Positions 12,770 through 23,727 of a stretch of 64,000 nucleotides of DNA are shown here, piece by piece. Each line of letters starts with the position of its first letter. Position 1 is the stretch's first letter. This DNA comes from Octopus bimaculoides (taxonomy: Eukaryota), in the NCBI RefSeq assembly GCF_001194135.2, contig NC_068981.1, positions 51,388,535-51,452,534 of the forward strand, read 5' to 3'. A model generated the notes under the pieces. The model made no database searches. It had not been told where the DNA came from and saw only the letters and a list, made by a program, of their open reading frames with translations. Position numbers and translations under genes: made by a program.

Positions 12770-13015
12770 ACTTTATTATCTTCCCGTCTTCCTAGCTCAC
12801 CAGTGTGACCCTTCTGTCAGGCATTCACCATGATAGATCGCTAGCCACTGCACATTCTGTTTTTCCTCTCCTTGTTTCTTTCTGTGTTCCTTTCTGTGGA
12901 AGAGCGTAGACTAGAAACGTTAAAGACTTTTTCACTTCCCGAGCGTTATACTAATACATCTGTTTGTTGCCTACACTACCTGTCTTCGTCTTTTTTTTTT
13001 GTTTGTTAATTCTCC
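12770..13015 (+). mobile_element. Penelope-like element 3' remnant with hammerhead-like motif
   Basis: LTSVTLLSGIHHDRS resembles the L.T..P.G.N end of PLE GIY-YIG ORFs; followed by CTTT-CTGTGGA-AGAGCGTAGACTA-GAAACGTT-AAAG; downstream part is homologous to 62703-62788 (minus). Confidence 0.55.
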
Positions 13016-13154
13016 CTATATGTATATATATATAGGTAAATTGAAAATTAGAGGTAATACTTGACAATTGTAAGCACCTGTGTATTCCAGCTAGTGGTTG
13101 CGGTGAAAGAATAAATTGTAAATCCAAAACAAAAAAATAACAACAAAACTACAA

Positions 13155-13198
13155 AGGATTCCGCGGTACACATTGTACACGTTGTACCGCGGAATCCT
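13155..13198. repeat. Perfect 16-bp inverted repeat with 12-nt spacer
   Basis: AGGATTCCGCGGTACA (13155-70) / TGTACCGCGGAATCCT (13183-98). Confidence 0.95.
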
Positions 13199-13208
13199 NN
13201 NNNNNNNN

Positions 13209-13243
<35 letters not shown>

Positions 13244-14572
13244 GGAAACAGCAGGCTGCAATAATTCACCAAAAAGGAGAATTATAGTCGTCACTAAATG
13301 TGACTGGGGAGTTAAGAAACACCTACATTGCTAGAAAGTAGTCCAAAAATTCTCTAATGCAGTAGTTAACGCACACGAATGAAAGCACATACACTAACAG
13401 GGATCTGAATCGTCCGAAAATTGACGATCGAGAATGTTGACACTTGTACAACTTTCTTACTTCTGTGTGTATGTGTGTAGAGAGAGAGAGAGAGAGAAAG
13501 AGAGAGTGGGGATGTAAATTTACCACAATAGAAGAAAGCATATATTGAGAAGTATACATTGAACGTTATTAAAGGTAATTAAGTGTGAGAACACATGGAA
13601 AACAGTTAACGCTATAAGCGAAACGGAAATGGGAAATCTGTCTCCAGCAGTAGGATCCTGATTCACGCTTCATTTGACATTTTTAAATTACAATTCAATT
13701 CATTTGGAGATGGTAGACTATACACATCCATTCATGAATGTGCATGTGTGTGCGCGTGCGTTTGTGTGTTTGATTAGTTGTGTATATTCTACTTTTGAAT
13801 TTGAAAGTAACTGTACTAATTTTGGAATTCAGGAAGAGTGATCACATGTATCTGCATTAATCCTCTAAAAACAAAATCATAATATATACTCTAGTATTTA
13901 TTCAAATAGCTTCCTGACCTTTATATACTAGATAATTTTCGTTTAGTGAAATACCGTGTATCCACATTCTTTTATTTCCACGCATTTCACTTTGTGTTTT
14001 ACGCGCCGATCTTCTAGTGTTATGAGGCAATTGAGTATCAATTATATTTTGCAATTTTGAGTGTCCCACAATTACATACTTTACTGTTAATATTTTGTAC
14101 ATTAGAATTATAAATGTTTCAGACACTAATAATATTATAGTCGTTTTCGATTAGCCTATGTGTGCAATCATGGCTACATTTTGATTGTCATCAAAAGAAG
14201 CATTTGTTTGAAGTAGATAGCATTACTATAATATTTCACCGTTAGCTAGAGTTCTTTCTCCATTTTTAGTGAGTCTCCTATTTAAAGCTGCGATCTGCAG
14301 TGTTATCCGCTAGATTGAGTGTTAACTAAGAGATTCCAACGGTATGTATTAAATATCTTGTGGCAAGTATACCGCGGATGAACTTTTTCTATCGAGAAGG
14401 ATAACTTAGTTACCTGGATTTCATCTGTAGATCGTAGATTATATTATGGAATATATCTATGTGTACTTTTACAAATAATATACGGATTATACTTGTTAGA
14501 TGTACCCATACTATCGCCCTCCACTCATCCAAAGATATTTCTATAAAAATTATTCTTATTATTTTTATAGAT

Positions 14573-14785
14573 TTCAAATTTTGATACAAGACCAGAAATT
14601 TCGGGGGAATGGATGTTGACAACATCGACTCCAATGTTCAACTGGTCCTTATTTTACCGATCCCGAGCGGATGAAAGGTAATGTCAACCTCGGCGGAATT
14701 TGAACTCAGAACATGCGGACGGACGAAATGCTGCTAAGTATTTCTTTTTCCAGTGTGCTGACGATTCTACCAACTCACCAACTTA
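14573..14785 (-). mobile_element. SINE family B copy
   Basis: Reverse complement matches tgagttcaaattccgccgaggt.gac.tt.cctttcatcc seen in plus copies at 40579-41120. Confidence 0.88.
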
Positions 14786-15714
14786 AACTGTGTTATAATA
14801 TTCAGAATTCTTGTAGACATTTCTTCATTTGAAGATATTTTATACTGTTTTAATGAAATGATTCTTGCAAGACTGTAAAATCTATTCCGAAGAGAACGAT
14901 TAATTGTGATTATATCGAAGTATTTTTGATGGCAATTTCTTTATGTGTAATAAAATGTTATTTCAGCTGAGGGAAATATCTAAGAAATTAACTTCCTTTA
15001 AAGGGAGCTCGCACTGAATGAAATGCTAAATATTTAAAATATTAAGCAAACTATATTTCATCTTTTTACTATTTTGTTATTTAAATTTCATAGTAATATC
15101 AGCCCATTGTCTCCATATAAAATACCATCAACAAAGAAGTTCTCTTCTTTTAGATATTTTCAAGGCGGCTAAATTTAGTTGAATATTCTAACGTACTGGT
15201 TCGATGTTTTCTTTTTCGATATCCATTGTGTCTTTGTACTATCTTTGTTTATCTAGTAATACCACCAGTTTCGTAGCGTTGGAAAATGTGGTGTTGTTGG
15301 CAAAATTTATTGCTGTTGTGAAGATGAACGTAGTTCGTTACGGTTAGTAGTTTTAATGTCAAAATTAATTAGTCATTCATCTATAATGTGGAGGGAATTA
15401 AGTCACTTAAACTCGCGAATGGAAATATTATAGTATGCTTATGATGATATTTAGTTAGTCTTTAATATAGAGGACGTTAAATGCAATTTTTACTAACAAT
15501 TCTACGGTTTCCTTTAAAGTTTTAATATATATTGTGAATGGACAAATAAGTGCGCTAGTGATATGGTCTTTCAGATTGAAATAGATTCTAGGATTATTAC
15601 CTAATCACTTCTGTTTCTTGTATCAATTTGGTGGCGATAACATTGACAGGAATGTTAATAAAATTTACGAGAGCAATATCGGTGTTGTTGTCATATACAT
15701 TACGCATCCACACA

Positions 15715-15751
15715 TGTGTGTGTGTGTGTGTTCAAGAGTGAATATGTGTGT

Positions 15752-15803
<52 letters not shown>

Positions 15804-15812
15804 ATGCGCATG

Positions 15813-15845
<33 letters not shown>
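15715..15845. repeat. (TG)n microsatellite
   Basis: Seen directly. Confidence 0.95.
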
Positions 15846-16079
15846 AAGTATAAATAAAAAAAATCAAAAGCACAGAATATCAAGGAAGACAATATAAATG
15901 TTAAAGTATTCAGTTCTAACTAAGCGATATAATGTTTTCGACATAAATCCTTCATGGAAACGAAAGAACAAGAGAAAAGAGAGAAAATGAACAGCATGGA
16001 GATTGGGAACGAAAAAAGAGAGTTGAGACAAAACCACGTGAATCATCATTTAGGCGACATTTTTAGATAGCCCGGAAGA

Positions 16080-17173
16080 GACAAGAAAGAAAGACAGAGT
16101 TTTCATGCGCAGAAGAATGTATAGAGAGAAAAGATAGAAGCGTTGCGTATGTGTAAATATGTATGTATGTGTGCATGTGGAAGCTCTATGAAAGAAAAAT
16201 TTGAACGTGAGTGTGCATGTCTTCGTTATAATATGTACCTGAGCGTGTGTATGTTCTGTGTTTAATGATTGTATATAATTTGTAGTATGTGTTTGCTTCG
16301 ATGCATGTTTTGTGTGTATGCGTTATGGTGATATTTTATAGTGATAGGTGTGTAAGTGGACGTCTACAGGTATTTGAAATGTGTTTGAAGTTGTATGTTG
16401 TTAGCATCGGTTGTCTATGAGATTGCTGCTTGTGCTTGGTTTTGGTATGAAATGTGCTTGTTTGCTTTGTTCTTTGGAAGGTACGTACAGTGGTGTTCAT
16501 TCAGTGTGTGTATGAGTTTACAATTGAATCTGGATGTTAAATTCGAATGTGCGTGCGTGTACACGCGAGTGTATTTTGCAACTGAACCGTGTATAATTGT
16601 GCATGAGTGTGTCTGTTTCTTTGCGGCGCATGTGTAATGTATGTACTTGTGCAATCGTTGAATGCGTGCGTCTGCGTGTTTGTTGTAGTGTTTGGTTCCG
16701 AATGATTTTGTTTTAGATTTAGAATTGTATGTATTTGTATATATTTTGTTGTTTTCTATGTGCGTGTACTTGGTGACTTGCATTGTGTATATGCTTGCAA
16801 TGAGTGTGTGCTTATGAGTTTGAAAGGAGTATGCATGTTTACGTGGATGTATGTCATGCGTATGTGAGATCATGTGACAGAGTATGCATGTGTGTGAAAT
16901 TGAACGGGTATGTATGGTCGCTTTTGTGACGTTTGCCGCATTTTTATGATATGTCAGTTATTTTTTATTGAAATGATTGTGTATAGTTGTATTTTTAAAA
17001 TGTGTGTATATGCGATTGCAGTTAGCGTTTGTGTATGAAAGTGAAGTGCGACTGAATGTATTTTAGATTGTGCGTGTTGTGCGTGCATTATTGTTTTATG
17101 CAATATATGTGTTAAGTCGCGCATTGAGTATGTGTGCATGAGTCTGTGTATGTGAGTTTGTGTGTGTTTTGTG

Positions 17174-17225
<52 letters not shown>

Positions 17226-17440
17226 GTGTGCGTTTGTTTGTTTGTACATGTATGAATGTGTGTGTTTTGTCTTGTGCGTATATCCTCTTGCATGAATGTG
17301 TTTTTGAGAAAGTAGAATGTGTACATGTAAATCAAGATTTGTATGAGTTTGTCTGTGTGTGTGTTTTTTTTAGTATCACGGAATCACCGTGTAATATATA
17401 TGAATGTATGTATATGAGTGCTTGGATGTATTGACGTATG
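16080..17440. repeat. Long degenerate TG-rich low-complexity tract including (TG)n at about 17160-17235
   Basis: Sustained gtgtgt/gtatgt-like words over about 1.3 kb. Confidence 0.8.
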
Positions 17441-19899
17441 TTTGCCTACTGAATATGTAATAATATGCCATGAAATACTACAATAAAATTTTCTAACAAA
17501 ATACAATGCAGAAGACATTGAAGCACTAATATGTTTTTAAATAAATACATGAGAAGGTACTTGTTTTTTAAATTGAACGTTCACACTATGCATTCCACCA
17601 CCAAACGCTGACTGGAAAGCTGATTATGATTAACTTTTATGTGCTGAAAGAAAATATGGGGTAGATACAGTTGTATTTTCGATATATTCGAACTAAGAGC
17701 AAATTGCAACAACATTGCATTACACTAACATACATTTCAACGAGGGATAAAATATAATAAATTTACATTCAATAAAATGAAAAAGCATCCAAATAGGTCT
17801 CAAGATATAGGAAACATTCGACAAGATAGTTGCATGCACACTACCTCATTACAGAACAGTTAATTTTTTAATATGCCCAGTTTGTTTTATTTTATGCCAA
17901 CGACATCCATAATATCTAAGTGCTTGTCTCGATTTCTTTGTTAACTTTTATTATCACATATAAATGCACTTCCACTCTTTTACTCTCACTGAATACTCCT
18001 ACGCTGTTCCCTAAAGTGTCAATTATTTTTACATAGGGGATTTGCGCACATTTTCTTAATTCATATCCTGCTTTTACATTTTTCAAGATGTGTTTTAGAG
18101 GGATAAGGCTAATTCAAATTAGTAAAACTAATAATAACCTTGAAAGATCTTTTCTTTATTTTTATTTTTTCATATTACTTTCTGCCTGATATAGTTTCTG
18201 TCACCCATTAGTCAATACCTTTCCTGGGAAAAGATTTGATCTTATCAGTTAAATTCACTATGTCTTAGTATTTGCTATTCTAGGAATGTGAGACTCTATG
18301 GAAGGCCTTTATACAACCTATGCAGATCATACGTAACTTAGCCCATCTTGTTTTATCTACAAGATGTTGATCTTTTGTACTGCAGCTTCGTTTTCCACAA
18401 GCTTTCTGTTTTTCTAGCAGCAGTATTCCTGGTATTGAAAGGCTGGTATATTTCTACAGGGATTATCCTGTTCGATGCTTTACAATTCAACTCAATAGTT
18501 ATTTTACAATGATATCGTATAACAATTGTTGACAGATGAATAATGCTCAAAGTTAGATTTATGAGGCGCTCTATTCAGAGACGTTGACATTTTCTAAAAG
18601 GATACAGTTCGTTGTGACAACTTCAATTCTGTCACTTCATTCAGACATTCTTCTAGTAATTCAACAATGCCGAGATCATTTAGCTTGAAGCATATTAACC
18701 CTTAATCAATTCTGTTGAAATCGTTGGCAAAGTTCAGTTACACTAATCGCTGTTTGATAAATAGATCTTATTTAATATGCATTAGTAATATCGCTGCAGT
18801 TATGTGAGGCAATTTGTACTTGAACAGAAACAATACTGCTAACACTTGACAATATATTCCCTGTAACACTATAATCAGTGTGTTTCTGAAATTACTGATA
18901 TGTGAATTTAGAATGATAGGCCAGGAAATTTAATCGTCTGAATTTCGTTGTCTCTTATTCATAAAAATATTTATGATATTCGATTTACAGTAAAGATTTG
19001 TAAGAGTGTTTCAAACGGTCTGACTATTGTTATTTAGTAGGTTTTATGAAAACTATTGGGGAAACTTTCATGGCCTTCTTTTTTAATTCAGGTTCATTTT
19101 AACTATAACAAATATTAGATTTATTTTATACCTAAAGTTACCCATGCCATATAATGATGAGGGAATAATCCTTTTCGACTATTTGCGTGTGTATTAATTT
19201 AGTACTCAATTGTTAATAGAGGAGTTTACTTACGTTCGAAAGTGCATTATACGTGAAAATGTACTTTAACATGCACCTTTATTTTGCACTGCATTAAATA
19301 CAGTACTTTAGGGCTTTATGTTTTAAATATCAATTATTTTATTTACTTCTCTTCTACTTTCAGGAGAACTTTTTGCAATATTTTCAATTAATATGAGTGA
19401 CATTTTAAATGTTTTCCTTACCCATTAGTTTGACTATTCAATCTATTTAAGATCTTCCTTATTCTCGTGAAAATTATTATACCCACAGGAAAGATATTTT
19501 TGTGAACATTGGTCTTCATTTTCCTGACGTACATCATGCATACAGCTTACATTATTGACAGGAATTGATTCCGATTCACGTGAATTTCGCGGTCCATTTC
19601 AGCTTACAGATCTCTTTCTTAATTGATTTTTTTTTTAACAGTCACCTAAGTCTACAAAAAAAGGGTCATAAATACTACCATTCTCAATTTGACGAGTCCG
19701 CAATAAACACAAAGAAATAGAGACACTTTCTCTGCGATCTCATGTTGTGACATCCTTGGGAAAACAGATTTTAGTTACTAAAATAGAATACATTCTGAAA
19801 CTAACTTTGTTTGTACGTTAATACATCAATCAATTCGAAGATATCCTATGAAATTGTGTAAACCACCAGAAGATATAATTCTAATATCACTGAGTTGGG

Positions 19900-20110
19900 G
19901 AGGGCGACTAGCGGGCAGAATTATTAGCACGCCAAACAAAATGCTTAGCGGCATTTCGTCCGTCTTTACGTTCCGAGTTTCAATTACACTGAGGTCGACT
20001 TTGTCTTTCAACCATTCTGAGGTTGAAAGGCAAAGCACTTGGATCGATGTAATCAAGTTACCCGGTCCGTAGATCTTTCTGGCTTTGTGCCAAAATTTGA
20101 AAACAATATT
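19900..20110 (+). mobile_element. SINE family B copy with internal inverted duplication
   Basis: gcagaattattagcacgcc..aaatgcttagcggcatttcgtc..gaggtcgactttg, tail tgtgccaaaatttgaaa. Confidence 0.88.
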
Positions 20111-20379
20111 ACTGTGTTTGGCGATTTCTTATCTAAAATTAGATATATAAGATAATTTGTGAGGCGTTCAGCTCTGTGTTAGTTCTACAACGATGTAGAG
20201 TTACTTTCACTGGTTTTAAATACGCGTGCTTACTATGGTTGCATGCCTATTCAGGTTGTAAAAATTAAGTCTTCAGCTGAAGGAATGCAGAAATATGACA
20301 AAGTGAATAAATACGTCGAATGGAAAAATAAATTTTACATGTATTGAAGAATTTTCTCCTATTTGTGTATACATATCGA

Positions 20380-20451
20380 GTGTGCGTGTGCATGTGTGTG
20401 TCTGTGTGTGTATGTGTGTGCGTCAGTGTACGTGCATATATGTATTTATAA

Positions 20452-20486
<35 letters not shown>

Positions 20487-20595
20487 CATACATACATACA
20501 TACATACATACATACATACATACACACATACATACACACATGCATACATAAATACATACATACATAAAAATACATATATCTTTGCAAATATATAT
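20380..20595. repeat. Compound microsatellite (TG)n-(GATA)n-(TACA)n
   Basis: Seen directly. Confidence 0.95.
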
Positions 20596-20779
20596 ATGTA
20601 TTTCGATTAGAGATTATGTTAACCTCAGGAAGAAATAGTTTCATCCAAGGAAATACTGGTTCAGTACCTAGTATTTTGGAGGAATTAATTTCCTTAAAAT
20701 GATAGGTATTTTTTTGCTGTAGTTTCAGATGAGAGCTGCGGCTATGCTGATGCACCACCGTTTTGCTACGCTGTTATTA

Positions 20780-21550
20780 CTGAAGGCCTCCTCGAATACG
20801 TGGCACTTGGTGAAGAATGGAGTTTGATGTAGCTACCCTCATTTGCACCTCTTGCCCCGTGAGGTAGGTTCATCTGGGACTCTCGACAGGAAGAGGTTCA
20901 GCTTTGATTTTAAAATGCCTACATCTACTTTGTGCAGGTTCCTCAGGCTCTTTGGGAGAATATTAAAGAGCTGTGGGCCCCTGAAACCCAGGCTGTTGCA
21001 GTAAATGGTGCTGAAGCGCGATAGCGTTTGGGTTCTTTGGCACTATGCAGTGTCGTCCCTTTCTGGCATTAGTGTAGCTTTCAATGCCAAAATTTGGCAC
21101 AAATCCTTCGAGGATCTTCCAGATGTATATTAACTGCATACCTCTCCCGCCTTCTCTCCAGGGAGTAGAGTTTTAGCTGTTTCAGCCTATTCCAGTAGCT
21201 GAGCTGTTGCAAAGAGACGATCTTCTTTGTGAATCTTCTCTGATTGCTTCAAGGTCCGCTGTTAATTTCACACTGTTGGGTGACCAGAGCTGGGAGCAGT
21301 AATCCAGGTGGCAGAGGACGAATGTCCTTCCGAGTACCATCATGGTTTCCTAATCTCTGATGTTGAGTATTCTCAGGATCCATCCAGCCAGTCGTTTGCA
21401 CTTTGTCGCCAACCTGGTAATGTGCACTTGGAAAGAGGTATCATCACTCGTGTCGATACCCGGGTCCCTCACTGATTTAGGCCCCGGGATTGAAATTCCC
21501 TGTGGACCAGTGTACCCTGTCAGTTTCATATTCAGTTTTGGATGCTGGTA
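20780..21550 (-). mobile_element. CR1-clade LINE 3' fragment (RT C-terminus)
   Basis: Minus translation gives VRDPGIDTSDDTSFQVHI, LAGWILR, FVLCHLDYCSQLWSP, LEAI and LSYWNRLKQLKLYSLERRRERY, canonical CR1 C-terminal motifs. Confidence 0.9.
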
Positions 21551-21637
21551 GAGCAGGGCTTATGCGTATTAATGTATTCGCGCATGTATATGTATACATA
21601 CGTATATAGGTATATGCGCAGATACGTAAGTGCGTGT

Positions 21638-21639
<2 letters not shown>

Positions 21640-21728
<89 letters not shown>

Positions 21729-21743
21729 TACGGATACATATAT

Positions 21744-21774
<31 letters not shown>

Positions 21775-21775
21775 C
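21640..21775. repeat. (TA)n-(TG)n-(TA)n compound microsatellite
   Basis: Seen directly. Confidence 0.95.
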
Positions 21776-23343
21776 GTGCATACTTGCATATATAGGAATT
21801 TTCATAACTTTATTTATACCTTATAAACGAATAGTCCATTCTTTTATGAACTTTTATGAACCTGAAGAATCGCAACCACGTTTCGTGGTTTGCTACCTCA
21901 ACAGCTCCGTTATAGGATCCCGTGGCTAAAGATATCATCAGATATCATATTTTAATATAAGACTGCTTCCACTCAACAAAGCCTGTTGTTTGCGGTTCCA
22001 TTAGATAAGTAGGCATTATCGACGATTCATCTCGGTTGTCTTAATGTGTTTCACTTCATTTGACCCTTAGTGTTATATGGAATCGGAACACTGATATAAA
22101 GAATCCCTGTTCGTTACTTAAATTAGTGTTCATGCTGGCAGTAACAAATATCGAAAGTGTTCGAAATTAGTCCTTTCTAATAATGTTCCCACTTATTTTA
22201 GAGACTCGATATATCACATCCTGGAATGTGTGGTTCATCTAAACCAGAGTACGGATGGATATACACCTTTACAAAATTAATATTGTGCTAAGGGTTGTTA
22301 TTTGTTTCCTCTTGTTTTAAGAAACATGCGATGCTCTCTAGTCTATGCCGAAACATCAGACTGCTGAAAATAGCTTTGTATCACTAGGAAGTGTAGACTT
22401 ACCCACAAATATCTTTATACACGTTCGTATATACAGGTGTACGTGTATGTCAATAAATATGCGTGTGCGAGTATGTGTGTGGGTGTGGATGGGTGTGCAC
22501 GCGCTTCTTCGCGTGTATATGTCTATATGCTTCTATACATTTGTGTGTAACTTCTCCAAGAGACAGAGCAAAAACAGAACATAAATAAGCAGGCATTTCT
22601 TAGTATTGATTTAAAGTGTATTAAAATTTTATATCCAGGAATTTATTTTTTGTCCTAACACTGAAAGTAATATATGCCCCCAGTTAGCGGGATCTATTAT
22701 ACATGACATTTTTGTTATTTTAATCACTTTTGAATTAATTCTAAGTAATCAGAATTTATTTCAATGACTCGAATTTTGAAATACCATATCGCACAGCTGA
22801 TAAAGTCAAAAAGAAAAGGAATATCGCATTTATTTATGTTTTTTTATATATTTTAATTACTAATAATTCCTAAATGGCAGTCAAGTAACCTAATGAGACA
22901 CAAATACACGGAGTCTAAATTTTAACCATAATGTATTTCCTTTTGTATGTGTCTTCCGCATGTGTCAATGTTTGAGTGTTTTTTTAATTTACTTTATGTA
23001 TCTAAAATGGTAGTAATATCTCAATATGGATATTGTTCAAAACACAAGTATATGAAATGTATATGCAAGTAAGCACGCACATGAAGTTATGTCACTGAAC
23101 TATCCATATCGTGTACATTTACTCAGGTGCATTGACTCTGTCGATGCGTAGGCAGGCTAGAATTTATAAACCATGGGTTTTCCTTGCAGACTTAACACTT
23201 CATTATTTTTTATTCCATTACAAAAGCCAAAATGCCTCCTTGGAGGGTGCTGTTCCCTTAGCGTTACATTCATTGTCACGCTGATTCTGCCCCCGAGGAG
23301 AATCAATCCATTTTGCTATATCTCGCTGCTTTAACTGACTTCC

Positions 23344-23359
23344 ATTTGCATATTTGCAT
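23344..23359 (+). promoter_or_regulatory. Two abutting octamer (POU) motifs ATTTGCAT-ATTTGCAT
   Basis: Exact motif twice; function not demonstrable from sequence. Confidence 0.3.
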
Positions 23360-23689
23360 ATAAGCAGAGCTCTTACACTAATGGCGTGCCGGGCTGTTGA
23401 ATTCTCACCTTTTTACTCTGAACGTATGACTGGCTGTGAACTGAAGCTTAGTAAAATCTCATAAAATACACACATTATTCCACTTTGAGATTTTAATTCC
23501 TTTATGCATTTCTGGTCATGCTTTGCATTATTTGCCGTGTGTTTCGTTTATTTTACAATTTATTTTGTGTTTATTTTACTTCAGTCGTTTTATTTTTATT
23601 TTTTTCTCATTAATTACTATTTTGCATTTAATTAACAATTGCAGAATTTCAATGAGTAATGCGTCATCTCTTAAACATTATTGCTCATA

Positions 23690-23727
<38 letters not shown>

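Noticed and set aside
21860-21910. Hammerhead-like words (CTGAAGA on plus; CTGTTGA...GAAACGTG on minus)
   Set aside because: No GAAA after the plus core; the minus triplet is GUG (non-cleavable) and stem I does not pair.
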